Shown one piece after another: positions 18,148-27,964 of a stretch of 64,000 bases of DNA. Made by a program: the position numbers and the translations under genes. The notes under the pieces were generated by a model. That model ran no database searches, had not been told where the DNA came from, and saw only the letters and a list, made by a program, of their open reading frames with translations. Within the stretch, counting starts at the first letter, position 1. Each line of letters opens with the position of its first letter. This DNA is from an uncultured Nannocystis sp. (GTDB lineage Bacteria; Myxococcota_A; Polyangia; Nannocystales; Nannocystaceae). The stretch lies in assembly GCA_964474905.1 (NCBI GenBank), contig CAYYUP010000014.1:28030-92029 (forward strand), in the 5' to 3' direction.

Positions 18148-18765
18148 GTGGCTGTGGGTGTAGCAGCCGCGGCGGGGCAGTCCCCCGAGCGGATCTCTGG
18201 GGTCGGGGCGCTCGCTCTGGTGATCTTTACGCTGGCGGGTGGGGTGCTCATCTTTGGCTTCGCGAGCTCGCTTTGGCCAGCGATTGCGCGTCAGGGCGAA
18301 GCCTCGTGCCGGCCCTTAGAGCCGACTCTGCGGGGCGTGCCAGCGCCGAGCTGGCAGCTCCAGGATCTCGAGGGCAAACCGGTGAGTCTTCAGGACTTCA
18401 GCGGTAAATTTTTGGTGATCAATTTTTGGGCGACCTGGTGCGAACCCTGCATCGGCGAATGGCCGCAGATCGATCGCCTGGCCGAGCGTTTCGCCGATCG
18501 CGATGACGTCGTCGTCTTGGCGATCAGCATCGATAAGTCCCGCGACGACATTCGCCCGTTTTTGGATCGCATGTCGCTCTCCGAGACGCCGACCGTTGTG
18601 CTCTGGGATCCAGAGCAGACGATTCACCAGACCTACGGTTCGGCCAAGATCCCCGATACTTTTTTTGTCGGACCTGACGGCCAGTTGATCCACCAGTACG
18701 TCAACGTGCGCGACTGGGGAAAACCGGCGGCCTACCGCTGCGTCGAATCGATGGCCGGTTCGTAG
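18148..18765 (+). CDS. TlpA/ResA/CcmG-like periplasmic thiol:disulfide oxidoreductase (redoxin family)
   Basis: An N-terminal TM anchor, then VINFWATWCEPCIGEWPQ (WCxxC) and a late KIPDTFFVGPDG motif (cis-Pro loop region). The GTG start is 2 nt after the preceding stop. Confidence 0.8.
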   Translation: MAVGVAAAAGQSPERISGVGALALVIFTLAGGVLIFGFASSLWPAIARQGEASCRPLEPTLRGVPAPSWQLQDLEGKPVSLQDFSGKFLVINFWATWCEPCIGEWPQIDRLAERFADRDDVVVLAISIDKSRDDIRPFLDRMSLSETPTVVLWDPEQTIHQTYGSAKIPDTFFVGPDGQLIHQYVNVRDWGKPAAYRCVESMAGS

Positions 18766-18793
18766 TTCTTTTTTTGCAGCCGCGGCACTCGGA

Positions 18794-19735
18794 CTAGTGG
18801 TCGCGCAGCCAAGTAAAAATTTGATCAAACACGGTGCCGCGCGGGTCGGCGAGATCGAGCGAGCTTCGCCGCGGGAAGCCAACGTGGCCGCCTCGGGACA
18901 TCCAGCGAACGGTCACGGCAGGCGGTGGGATCTCTAAATAGGGGCGCAGCGTCGCGGCTGGGACCATCGGGTCGTGTTCGGTGGCGACGATCAGAGTGGG
19001 CAGGGCGAGCTTGGCGAGTCGCGGCCCAACGCTCATCGACGAGTAGTAGTCGTCGGCGCTGTTAAAGCCGAAGCGGGGTACGACGGTCTTTGCATCCCAC
19101 TCGCGCATCGTTGTGATCCGGCGGGCGATGGCCAACGGAGTGGGGACCGCTCCGCGGGCGGCGACTTGCTCGTAGATCTCGAGGAGTCCGTCCAGGAGGT
19201 AACGGCGGTAGGGCCACGCCTTTGCGGTGTCGATCGCCCGCGAGCCGGCGTGCAGATCGAGGGGTGCGCAGAGGCTGGCGATCGCTCGGACCCGTGGATC
19301 GCTCGGAGCGAGGGCGAAGCGCAGGCTGGTATGTCCGCCGAGCGAGAAGCCGAGCAGGTAGATCCGGCGGACCTCTGCGAGAGCGGGGCTCGCGAGGGCT
19401 GAGCTGAGGTCGTGAGTGAGACCGGCGTGGTAAAAATCGACGCCGCTGCGGTCGGTCCCGCGGAGCCCGAGGCGAAGGCAGCCGAGGCCTGTTCGGGTCG
19501 CTGCGTGGGCCGCCTGGATCATGTATTGGCTGTCAGGGCTGCCGCCCAGGCCGTGCACCAGCACCACCAGATCCCCCTTTGGATCGGCCAGGCGCAGCTG
19601 CCCCTGGAGCCGAACACTGCCGATCCGTGGGTCCTCGAGGGTGGACGACCAGGGCTGGGATTTCGGCGGTTTTTGGGGTCGGAGCCGATGGCGGAAATTG
19701 GGGGTAATCGTCCACAGATGGCCACCTAGCTTCAT
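18794..19735 (-). CDS. Alpha/beta-fold hydrolase (YheT-like)
   Basis: VVLVHGLGGS (oxyanion region), the nucleophile elbow LLGFSLGGH, and C-terminal GGHVGF. The start is uncertain. Confidence 0.7.
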   Translation of the reverse strand: MKLGGHLWTITPNFRHRLRPQKPPKSQPWSSTLEDPRIGSVRLQGQLRLADPKGDLVVLVHGLGGSPDSQYMIQAAHAATRTGLGCLRLGLRGTDRSGVDFYHAGLTHDLSSALASPALAEVRRIYLLGFSLGGHTSLRFALAPSDPRVRAIASLCAPLDLHAGSRAIDTAKAWPYRRYLLDGLLEIYEQVAARGAVPTPLAIARRITTMREWDAKTVVPRFGFNSADDYYSSMSVGPRLAKLALPTLIVATEHDPMVPAATLRPYLEIPPPAVTVRWMSRGGHVGFPRRSSLDLADPRGTVFDQIFTWLRDH

Positions 19736-19925
19736 ATACAGGTGGAGAATGCCGCATCTGTGGGTCGCTCGCTACGGTCGCCAATCGCCGGCCGCAACTT
19801 CGCAATTTCGCGACTTTGCTGGTTCGCCGCATCGCAATGATGGGAGGATTCACACGACATGCTGCGTACGTCAGTCTGCGACCGATCGTCACCGCGATTG
19901 ACCCTCCGCGCCTACGCGCGCTAGC

Positions 19926-20402
19926 TTGCGCCCCGTGCAAGAGCCCGAGAGCGCCGGCTGGCAGGGACCGAGCCTGAGCCTCATCCTCGGGGGCGTCGTC
20001 GTGATCACCATCGCGATGGGGATCTTCGCGTTTTGGCGCTACACCGAGTCCGAGCGCTGGGTTCAGGCCTCGCTCATCGAGATGGAAGCGCTCGGCAAAA
20101 CGGTCGACGTCGAGGGCTGCATCGACGCCTCCATCGATTGGCGTAACCGGTGCGCCGCCAACAAGACGCTCTGCGAGAACGCCATCCCGCTCGCGACCTA
20201 CCATTGTCTAGAGCAGCAAGACCGCTCAGACAGCTGCTTGATCCTCGACCACGACATGTCGACCGGTACCTGGTTGATGGAGCGCTGTCGGGCCCGCGGT
20301 TCAGAGTGCAAGGTGATGAAAAAATGCACGTGCGCGGCTGCCTACCGCGCTCTTGACTCCTTCTGTCGAACAGGACAGGAGAGCGTGCAGGTGGAGCTAT
20401 GA
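19926..20402 (+). CDS. Hypothetical membrane-anchored cysteine-rich protein, coupled to ctaB
   Basis: One TM helix (LSLILGGVVVITIAMGIFAFW) followed by a roughly 120-aa domain with 10 Cys. The stop overlaps the ctaB ATG (ATGA at 20399-20402). TTG/GTG start. Confidence 0.5.
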   Translation: MRPVQEPESAGWQGPSLSLILGGVVVITIAMGIFAFWRYTESERWVQASLIEMEALGKTVDVEGCIDASIDWRNRCAANKTLCENAIPLATYHCLEQQDRSDSCLILDHDMSTGTWLMERCRARGSECKVMKKCTCAAAYRALDSFCRTGQESVQVEL

Positions 20403-21280
20403 CGACACGAGGCACATCTGGCAACGAGCCGTCTTGGGCCCGGGACCTGGTCACGCTGACCAAGCCCGGAGTCACGCGCATGGCCGCCCTGACGGCGGCG
20501 GGTGGGGCATGGCTCGCGCCCGGCTTTGATTGGTGGTCGGGCTTCGCCGCGGTCTTGGGATCGAGCATGGCTGTCGCTTCGGCCTCTGCCTTTAATATGT
20601 GGTGGGAGCGGGGCACCGACCCGCTGATGTCGCGAACCCGCAACCGACCGGTGGCTGCGGGACGCATGGATCCGCGGCATGCACTCCTTTTTGCAGCGGT
20701 GCTCGGCGCCCTCTCGCTGCTGCTGCTGGGGCTCGCCACCAACGCGTTGACGGTGGGTCTCGCGGCCCTGTCGATCTTCCTCTACGTCTGCATCTACACC
20801 CCACTAAAGTACCGAACACCGCTGGCCTTGGTGATCGGCGCGATCCCTGGCGCGGCGCCGCCGTTGCTCGGTTGGGTGGGCGTCACCGGCAGTCTCGACC
20901 TGGGAGGACTCGCGCTCTTTGCGATCCTCTTTGTCTGGCAGATGCCGCATTTTCTCGCGATCACCATTTACCGCCACCAAGAGATGGCCAAGGGCGGTAT
21001 TCGTTGCGTCTCGGTGGTCCGCGGCGATCGGGCGGCGAAGGTGCAGGCTCTGCTCTGGGCCCTGGCACTGGTGCCCGTGTCGCTCTTGCCCAGCCTGCTC
21101 GGGGTGACCGGGTTGTTCTACGGGATCTCGGCGCTGGTGCTCAGCCTTATCTTCTTCGGCTGGACCTGCACGGGCCTCTGGGCGGCCAAACCAGCCCCTT
21201 GGGCGCGCTCGCTCTTCCTCGCCTCACTCCTTTATTTGCCCGCGCTGATCGCCGCTTTGGCGATCGACGTCAGCCTCTAA
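20399..21280 (+). CDS. ctaB: Protoheme IX farnesyltransferase (heme O synthase)
   Basis: A polytopic UbiA-family protein with LTKPGVTRM near the N-terminus, the Asp-less CtaB-type motif NMWWERGTDPLMSRTRNRPV, and YTPLKYRTP. Confidence 0.9.
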   Translation: MTTRGTSGNEPSWARDLVTLTKPGVTRMAALTAAGGAWLAPGFDWWSGFAAVLGSSMAVASASAFNMWWERGTDPLMSRTRNRPVAAGRMDPRHALLFAAVLGALSLLLLGLATNALTVGLAALSIFLYVCIYTPLKYRTPLALVIGAIPGAAPPLLGWVGVTGSLDLGGLALFAILFVWQMPHFLAITIYRHQEMAKGGIRCVSVVRGDRAAKVQALLWALALVPVSLLPSLLGVTGLFYGISALVLSLIFFGWTCTGLWAAKPAPWARSLFLASLLYLPALIAALAIDVSL

Positions 21281-21329
21281 CGAATACGGTCCGGTCCTCG
21301 GCAAATCCGCCAGGGCAACCCCAGAGTTC

Positions 21330-22052
21330 GTGATGCACGCCGAAGCCTCCGCGCAACCAGATGATGCCGCGCCGCGTCCCCCGGGAGCACCGCCGCCGAT
21401 CGAAGAGCGGGTGTGGTTTGTGCGCATTTTTATGCGCCACCCGTACCTGGTGGCCTTTTTTGTCGGCATCACCCTGATCACGGCAATGCGGCCATTGACC
21501 CGACATGTGCCCGATGCACCGGCGGTGATCTACCAGATGCCGGGCTTCGATCTCGTCGACCAAAAAGGCGAACGCTTCACTCTGGGGTCGATGCGCGGCG
21601 AGGTCTGGGTTGCGGGTTTTATCTTCACCTCCTGCCCGAGCATCTGCCCCAAGATCTCGCGCTCGATGGTCGAGCTCCAGGACAAGTTCGAGACTTTCGA
21701 TATCGACGCCCGTATGGTCACCTTTTCGGTCGATCCCGAGACCGATACCCCCGAGGTCCTCGCGCGCTATGCCGAGACACTCGGTGCCGATACCTCGCGC
21801 TGGACTTTTGTGACCGGCGATCGTGCGGCTATGGAAAAGCTCGTCGTCGGCGGCTTCAAGCTAGCGATGGACGAGCCAAAACCCATCGATGATACCTCGA
21901 TGTACGATATTGCACATTCGACCAAGCTGGTCTTGATCGACGCGGATGGGGGCATCCGCGGCTTTTACAGTACTGACGAGATGGGCTTAGACGAGATCTA
22001 TCACCGGACCCAGCATGTGCTCCGTGATCTCCGAGAGGCCCGTCACCGATGA
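21330..22052 (+). CDS. SCO1/SenC-family copper chaperone
   Basis: A TM anchor, a thioredoxin fold with the CxxxC copper site FIFTSCPSICP, and a distal His in DIAHSTKLVLID. Confidence 0.85.
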   Translation: MMHAEASAQPDDAAPRPPGAPPPIEERVWFVRIFMRHPYLVAFFVGITLITAMRPLTRHVPDAPAVIYQMPGFDLVDQKGERFTLGSMRGEVWVAGFIFTSCPSICPKISRSMVELQDKFETFDIDARMVTFSVDPETDTPEVLARYAETLGADTSRWTFVTGDRAAMEKLVVGGFKLAMDEPKPIDDTSMYDIAHSTKLVLIDADGGIRGFYSTDEMGLDEIYHRTQHVLRDLREARHR

Positions 22053-22483
22053 GAATCGCAGGCGTCCTCATTGTCGCTGCGCTGGCCTCCTGTACGGAGC
22101 CCACTCCGGCCTTCACCGAGTCGCTGGTGCTTGGCGGTGTGGAGATCTCTGCCCAAGAATTGAGCCGCGGGCAAAAGCTTTACGCCAACCACTGCGCCTC
22201 TTGCCACGCTGTCGACGGCAGCGGCCAGGGTCCAGCGGCGCGGCACCTAAGCCCAGGACCTCGCGATTTCCGCACAGGTGTCTTCGTGCATACGGCGTCC
22301 AAGGGCGAGGTACTGCCAACCGATGCGGAACTCCGACGAGTGATCAAAAAAGGCGTTCTAGACCGCGGTATGCCGGCCTGGGGCGCCCTTCGGGACGAAG
22401 ATATCAACGCCGTAATGGCGTACATCAAGACCTTCTCACCGCGTTGGCGGGATCCCCAAGGGGAGGCCAAAAACAGTGAGTAA
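22049..22483 (+). CDS. Monoheme c-type cytochrome, lipoprotein
   Basis: The lipobox is IVAALASC and the heme site is CASCHAVDG. A distal Met candidate lies in DRGMPAWG. The start overlaps the SCO stop. Confidence 0.8.
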   Translation: MRIAGVLIVAALASCTEPTPAFTESLVLGGVEISAQELSRGQKLYANHCASCHAVDGSGQGPAARHLSPGPRDFRTGVFVHTASKGEVLPTDAELRRVIKKGVLDRGMPAWGALRDEDINAVMAYIKTFSPRWRDPQGEAKNSE

Positions 22484-22797
22484 AGTCCGAATCTGGGGCT
22501 CTTCGATCGCGCCGCTGAGAACGCGAATGCTCGATGAGACAGGCGGTCGCAGGCCCCGACTCCAAGGGGCCGTCGATCGTCGGCGTACTCCCCACAAAAC
22601 CCACCGTAGAGCTGGATTAAGCCTGATCGAGTCGACCATGATGACCCTCCGACGCGCTGAATTTTCCGCACTTGAACGTGCTTCTCGAGGTCTACGGACA
22701 GTTGCCAATCTGGACACAGCCCTGATAGGGTGCGCGCCAACGCAGCGCCTTGGACGCATCCACTTCCAGGGATCTCTCTGAAAGAAGGTGAAGTGAC

Positions 22798-23445
22798 GTG
22801 CCGGCCATCTTTCCTCGCTGGACGAACAACATTCCGCTCGCGACCGCAATCCTAGCGCCGATCCTCGGCGCAGGGCTTGTTGGTGGGGTCTGGTACTACT
22901 TCTCACCGAAGTTTACCGACGCTGGCTATCGGCCGATCCAACCTGTCGCCTTCAGCCACAAGCTGCATGCGGGCGATATGGATATGGATTGCCGCTATTG
23001 CCACAACACCGTAGAGCGAGCGGCTCACGCGGCGATTCCGCCAACGCAGACCTGCATGAATTGCCACTCGTTGGTGAAGACGGACTCACCTAAGCTCGCG
23101 CCGATTCGCGAGAGCTTTGAGACCGGCAAGTCGATCCCGTGGATTCGCGTCCATCAACTCCCAGACTACGCCTTCTTCGACCACCGGCCGCATATCGCGG
23201 CTGGGGTTGGTTGTGCCACCTGCCACGGCCGCATCGATCAGATGACAGTCGTCGAGATGGACCAACCGCTGTCGATGAGCTGGTGTCTCGATTGTCACCG
23301 CGACCCCGAGCCCAACCTGCGGCCTCTCGATGAGGTCACCAACATGGCCTGGGATCCTGCGGCTTCGGATTACGACCCGAAGGCGGACCCCGCTCGCAAA
23401 CGCGAATTGACGCCGCCCGAGCATTGCTCTGGTTGTCACCGCTAA
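22798..23445 (+). CDS. actA: Alternative Complex III subunit ActA (pentaheme cytochrome c)
   Basis: Five CxxCH sites: CRYCH, CMNCH, CATCH, CLDCH and CSGCH. It has an N-terminal TM anchor. GTG start preceded by GAAAGAAGGTGAAG. Confidence 0.85.
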   Translation: MPAIFPRWTNNIPLATAILAPILGAGLVGGVWYYFSPKFTDAGYRPIQPVAFSHKLHAGDMDMDCRYCHNTVERAAHAAIPPTQTCMNCHSLVKTDSPKLAPIRESFETGKSIPWIRVHQLPDYAFFDHRPHIAAGVGCATCHGRIDQMTVVEMDQPLSMSWCLDCHRDPEPNLRPLDEVTNMAWDPAASDYDPKADPARKRELTPPEHCSGCHR

Positions 23446-23470
23446 GCAGGGGAAAGACGGGTACACAACG

Positions 23471-26400
23471 ATGAGCAAGCCCAACGCATCCCTCAAGGCC
23501 TACTGGCGCAGCCTCGACGCCCACCAGGGCCTCGTTCATGGCGACTCGGCGCAGGCCTCCCACGACGAATTTCCCGGCGCGGCCGAGGCCGTCGGCAGCG
23601 ATGGACTGACGCCGCTACGGGTCCGTCGACGCTCCTTTGTCGGCCTCCTGGGCGCCTCGACAGCGCTCGCAGGTCTGACCACCGGCTGCATCCGCAAGCC
23701 GGTCGAGCGCATCCTGCCCTTCGCCAAGCGCCCCGAGGACGTGGTGCCCGGGCAGTCGCTCTACTATTCGACAGGCCTCAATATCGGCGGCAGCGTGCTC
23801 GGCATCCTCGTCGAGGCGACCGACGGCCGGCCGATCAAGATCGAGGGCAATCCCAAACACGCGGGCTCCCAGGGCGCGACCGATGTTTGGGCCCAGGGCA
23901 CGGTGCTCGGGATCTACGACCCCGAGCGTTCGCAGATCCCGAAGACCGTCGAAGACGGCGAGTTTGTCGACTCCGATTGGGGTCCCGCTCACAGCCACGT
24001 CGACGCGATCCTCAAGGGTGCCCGCGAGGCCGGCGGCAAGGGCATGGCCCTGGTGATCCCCTGGATCGTGTCGCCCTCGCTGCGGGCCCATCTCGCGGCG
24101 TTTAAGAGCAACTACCCGCAGGCACGCCTGATCCTTTGCGACCCGATGGCGCCGGTCAACTCGACGGCGAGCATCGAGATGCTCGCGCAGCCGGGCGCCC
24201 GCATGACCAACCACCTCGCCGGTGCTTCGGTCGTCGTCTCGTTTGACAACGATTTCATGGGCCCCGAGCTCGATCATGTGCGCCTGACCAAGGAGTTCGC
24301 CCGCGGGCGTGCGCCGCTCGGTCAGGGCGACCCGATGAACCGCCTCTATGTGGTCGAGCCCCACTTCTCGATCACCGGCGCCAACGCAGATCACCACCTG
24401 CCGCTGCGCGCCTCCCGGGTCGGCCCCTTCCTGATCGCTCTCGCCCACGAGCTGGCGAGCAAGCACGGCATCAGCTTGCCCTCCTCCTTCGAGGGAATCA
24501 TCGGCGCGCAGGAGTTTGCCGAGGCTGAGCAAAAGTGGATCGCCGCAGTCGCAGTCGAGCTGATCGCCGCTCGCGACAATCGCGATTCGCACTCGGCGAT
24601 CCTGGTCGGCGAACGTCAGCCGGCCTGGGTGCACGGGCTCGGGCTTGTGCTCAACGTCGCACTCGGCAACCAGACCAAGAGCCTGCACCTGCGGGTCGAC
24701 GACACCGCACCGGTCACCGAGGGCCTGGACGCTCTCGCGGCGGGGCTCGGCAGCGGCGCGATCACGACGGTCTTCTGCCTCGATACCAACCCGGCGTATG
24801 TCGCTCCCGGTCAGCTCGGCATGGCCGATTTGCTGACCAAGGCGACCGTCGTGCATGCGGGTTTGCATTTCGACGAAACCGCTCGCCTGGCGGTCTGGCA
24901 CCTGCCGCTCAACCATCATCTCGAGTCCTGGGGCGACCTAGAGTCCTCCGACGGCGTGGTCACGATTTGCCAACCGCTGATCGAGCCGATCTTCGACACC
25001 AAGTCGACGGTCGAGATCCTCGCCTGGTGGGCCAAGGGGGACGGCGCGCCGAATTACGATCTGGTCTACTCCTTCTGGAAAGACCAGCTCGGCCCCAAGT
25101 TCTCCAAGCGTCGCTGGGAGCGTTGGCTGCACGACGGCATCGTCTCGGGCATCCCGCGCTCGCCCGGCATCCCGCTCTTCGAGAACTTCGAAACGCTCGC
25201 CGACGCGATCAACAGGGGGGTCAAGAAGTACGGCCCCGATACCGCCTTCGAGGTCAACTTCCACATCGACCCCAAGGTCGGCGACGGTCGTTACGCCAAC
25301 AACGGCTGGTTGCAAGAGTGCCCGCATCCGATGTCCAAGCTCTGCTGGGACAACGCCGCCTACATCAGCCCGGCCGACGCCAAAGAGCTCAAGGTCCAAA
25401 ACTGCGACCTGCTCAACATCCAAATCGACGATCGCACGGTCCAGGTACCGGTGTGGATTATGCCCGGGCAGGCCAATAAAACGGTTTCGCTTAGCCTCGG
25501 CTACGGCCGTGAAGGTCTGGGGTATGTCGCCGAAGACGCGGGCATCAACGTCTACCCGCTGCAGGCCGGCAAAAATCCCTGGTTCACCGCCAACGCCGGC
25601 GTCTCCAAGTTCGGCGGAGTGCGCATGATCTACTCCACCCAGGATCACGGCACGCTCGATCCCGGCCTGGGTTACCCGATGCGCCCGATCATCCGCGAGA
25701 CCGAGGTCGACGCGGAGGGCAAGTGGGCGGATCCAAAGTTCGCCGACAAGGGCGACCTGATGAAGCCCGAGGATCTCAAGTCGCTCTGGGAGCACAATCC
25801 CGAGCCGACCCTGGGCGAGCCCAAACTGATGGGCAAGCAGCAGTGGGGCATGGTCATCGACCTCAACCGCTGCAACGGCTGCAACGCCTGCGTCGTCGCT
25901 TGCCAGGCCGAGAACAACATCCCGCTAGTCGGCAAAAAAGAGGTCGGCAACGGTCGCGAGATGCATTGGATCCGGCTCGACCGCTACTACTCGGGCTGGG
26001 ACGACGCGTCCCCCGAAGCGGTCTTCATGCCGATGCTCTGCCAGCACTGCGAGACAGCACCCTGCGAGAACGTCTGCCCGGTTGCGGCGACGACTCACAG
26101 CCCCGAGGGCCTCAACGACATGGCGTACAACCGCTGCGTCGGTACCCGTTATTGCGCGAACAACTGCCCCTACAAGGTGCGGCGCTTTAACTTCCACAAC
26201 TACAACAAGCGCATGGACGAGGACTGGGGCCAGGACCCGCTCGGTCGCATGGTCCGCAACCCCGACGTCACCGTGCGATTCCGCGGTGTCATCGAGAAGT
26301 GCACCTACTGTGTGCAGCGGATCAACGGCGCCAAGATCGAGGCTCATGTGGCCGGCAAAGATACCGTCCCCGACGGGGTCATTGTCGCCGCCTGTGAGCA

Positions 26401-26569
26401 GGTGTGTCCAAGCGAGGCGATCGTCTTTGGTGACATCGCCGACCCGACCACTCGGGTCGCCAAGCTCAAGGCCACCGAGCGGGATTTCGGTGTGCTCACC
26501 GACCTCTTGACCCGCCCCCGCACGACCTACCTGGGTCGTATCCGTAACCCCAATCCGGAGCTCGCGTAA
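23471..26569 (+). CDS. actB: Alternative Complex III subunit ActB (fused molybdopterin-oxidoreductase-like B1 plus 4Fe-4S B2 modules)
   Basis: A Tat-type signal (RVRRRSFVGLLGAS), a large molybdopterin-family-like N-terminal part, and a C-terminal ferredoxin module with CNGCNACVVAC, CQHCETAPCENVCP, CVGTRYCANNCP and CTYC. Confidence 0.9.
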   Translation: MSKPNASLKAYWRSLDAHQGLVHGDSAQASHDEFPGAAEAVGSDGLTPLRVRRRSFVGLLGASTALAGLTTGCIRKPVERILPFAKRPEDVVPGQSLYYSTGLNIGGSVLGILVEATDGRPIKIEGNPKHAGSQGATDVWAQGTVLGIYDPERSQIPKTVEDGEFVDSDWGPAHSHVDAILKGAREAGGKGMALVIPWIVSPSLRAHLAAFKSNYPQARLILCDPMAPVNSTASIEMLAQPGARMTNHLAGASVVVSFDNDFMGPELDHVRLTKEFARGRAPLGQGDPMNRLYVVEPHFSITGANADHHLPLRASRVGPFLIALAHELASKHGISLPSSFEGIIGAQEFAEAEQKWIAAVAVELIAARDNRDSHSAILVGERQPAWVHGLGLVLNVALGNQTKSLHLRVDDTAPVTEGLDALAAGLGSGAITTVFCLDTNPAYVAPGQLGMADLLTKATVVHAGLHFDETARLAVWHLPLNHHLESWGDLESSDGVVTICQPLIEPIFDTKSTVEILAWWAKGDGAPNYDLVYSFWKDQLGPKFSKRRWERWLHDGIVSGIPRSPGIPLFENFETLADAINRGVKKYGPDTAFEVNFHIDPKVGDGRYANNGWLQECPHPMSKLCWDNAAYISPADAKELKVQNCDLLNIQIDDRTVQVPVWIMPGQANKTVSLSLGYGREGLGYVAEDAGINVYPLQAGKNPWFTANAGVSKFGGVRMIYSTQDHGTLDPGLGYPMRPIIRETEVDAEGKWADPKFADKGDLMKPEDLKSLWEHNPEPTLGEPKLMGKQQWGMVIDLNRCNGCNACVVACQAENNIPLVGKKEVGNGREMHWIRLDRYYSGWDDASPEAVFMPMLCQHCETAPCENVCPVAATTHSPEGLNDMAYNRCVGTRYCANNCPYKVRRFNFHNYNKRMDEDWGQDPLGRMVRNPDVTVRFRGVIEKCTYCVQRINGAKIEAHVAGKDTVPDGVIVAACEQVCPSEAIVFGDIADPTTRVAKLKATERDFGVLTDLLTRPRTTYLGRIRNPNPELA

Positions 26570-26572
26570 GTC

Positions 26573-27964
26573 ATGGCAGTCTTTGACGAACTCGATCCGC
26601 TCACCGGACGTAAAGTCCTGGTTGAGAACAATCTGACCTTTCACGAGGCCACCGAGACGATCGCAACGCCGATCGAGATCCCCAACGCACGTTGGTGGGG
26701 TTTCTTTCTCGTCGCCCTGATGTTCCTGAGCCTTCTGCTGGTCTCCCTTGGCTGGCTTTTTTGGGAGGGCGTCGGCATCTGGGGCCTCAACAACCCCATC
26801 GACTGGGGTTGGGCGATCGTCAACTTCGTCTTCTGGGTCGGCATCGGTCACGCCGGTACGCTGATCTCGGCGGTTCTCTTCCTGTTCCGGCAAAAATGGC
26901 GGACCTCGATCAACCGCGCCGCCGAGGCGATGACCATCTTCGCGGTCATCTGTGCGCTGCTCTTCCCGACAGTGCACGCCGGTCGTCCGTGGGTGCTCTT
27001 CTGGTCGCTGCCGTTGCCCAACCAGATGGGCATGTGGCCAAACTTCCGCTCGCCGCTGCTCTGGGACGTCTTCGCGATCTCGACCTACTTCACGGTCTCG
27101 CTGATGTTCTGGTACGTCGGCCTGATCCCGGACCTGGCGACGATGCGCGATCGGGCCAAAACCCGCGGGCGCCGGATCGCTTACGGCATCTTCTCCCTCG
27201 GTTGGCGGGGTTCAACTCGCCACTGGCAGCATTACGAGCGGGCCTACCTGATCCTCGCCGGCCTGGCGACGCCGCTGGTGCTCTCGGTGCACACCATCGT
27301 TAGCTTTGACTTCGCGGTCGCCCAGCTTCCCGGTTGGCACACGACGATCTTCCCGCCCTACTTCGTCGCTGGCGCCATCTTCTCTGGCTTTGGCATGGTG
27401 CTGACGCTGATGATCCCGCTTCGCAGCTGGCTCAAGCTTCAGAACTTCATCACCATCAAGCACCTCGAGAATATGGCGAAGATCATCCTCGTGACCGGCT
27501 CTATGGTCGGCTACGCCTACGGGATGGAGTTCTTCATCGCCTGGTACTCCGGTAACGCCTACGAGTCGTTCGCCTTCGCGAACCGTGCGTTTGGCGACTA
27601 CTGGTGGGCCTACTGGACGATGATCAGCTGCAACGTCATCTCCCCGCAGCTCTTCTGGTTCAAGGCGATTCGCCGGAGCCCGGTCGCGCTCTTCATCATC
27701 TCGATTTTCGTCAACATCGGGATGTGGTTCGAGCGCTTCGTCATCACCGTGACGTCCCTGCACCACGACTTCCTGCCGTCGTCCTGGGACTACTACTCGC
27801 CGACGCTCTGGGACATCACGACCCTGCTCGGCAGCTTCGGGCTCTTCTTCACGCTCTTCTGCCTCTTCGTCCGCTTCCTGCCGATCATCGCCCTGGCCGA
27901 GGTCAAGGCCGTGATGCCGCAGGCGGACCCCCACTACGACCCGAACGGGGATCATCATGGCTAA
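26573..27964 (+). CDS. actC: Alternative Complex III subunit ActC (NrfD/PsrC-like quinol-interacting membrane subunit)
   Basis: A polytopic NrfD-like protein (about 10 TM) immediately after actB, with [23 protein letters not shown] typical of NrfD-family helices. Confidence 0.9.
   Translation: MAVFDELDPLTGRKVLVENNLTFHEATETIATPIEIPNARWWGFFLVALMFLSLLLVSLGWLFWEGVGIWGLNNPIDWGWAIVNFVFWVGIGHAGTLISAVLFLFRQKWRTSINRAAEAMTIFAVICALLFPTVHAGRPWVLFWSLPLPNQMGMWPNFRSPLLWDVFAISTYFTVSLMFWYVGLIPDLATMRDRAKTRGRRIAYGIFSLGWRGSTRHWQHYERAYLILAGLATPLVLSVHTIVSFDFAVAQLPGWHTTIFPPYFVAGAIFSGFGMVLTLMIPLRSWLKLQNFITIKHLENMAKIILVTGSMVGYAYGMEFFIAWYSGNAYESFAFANRAFGDYWWAYWTMISCNVISPQLFWFKAIRRSPVALFIISIFVNIGMWFERFVITVTSLHHDFLPSSWDYYSPTLWDITTLLGSFGLFFTLFCLFVRFLPIIALAEVKAVMPQADPHYDPNGDHHG

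Noticed and set aside
22484-22797. Possible sigma-54-type promoter (ttgccaatctggacacagcc) upstream of actA
   Set aside because: It does not fit the TGGCAC-N5-TTGC spacing or orientation. It is only a chance resemblance.
23615-26977. Minus-strand ORFs of 434, 285 and 350 aa (23615..24919, 24938..25795, 25925..26977), plus off-frame plus-strand ORFs, inside actB/actC
   Set aside because: All are opposite to or out of frame with ActB/ActC, which carry a Tat signal, Fe-S cluster motifs and NrfD-type helices. The alternatives are Arg/Asp/Gly-rich low-complexity sequence.
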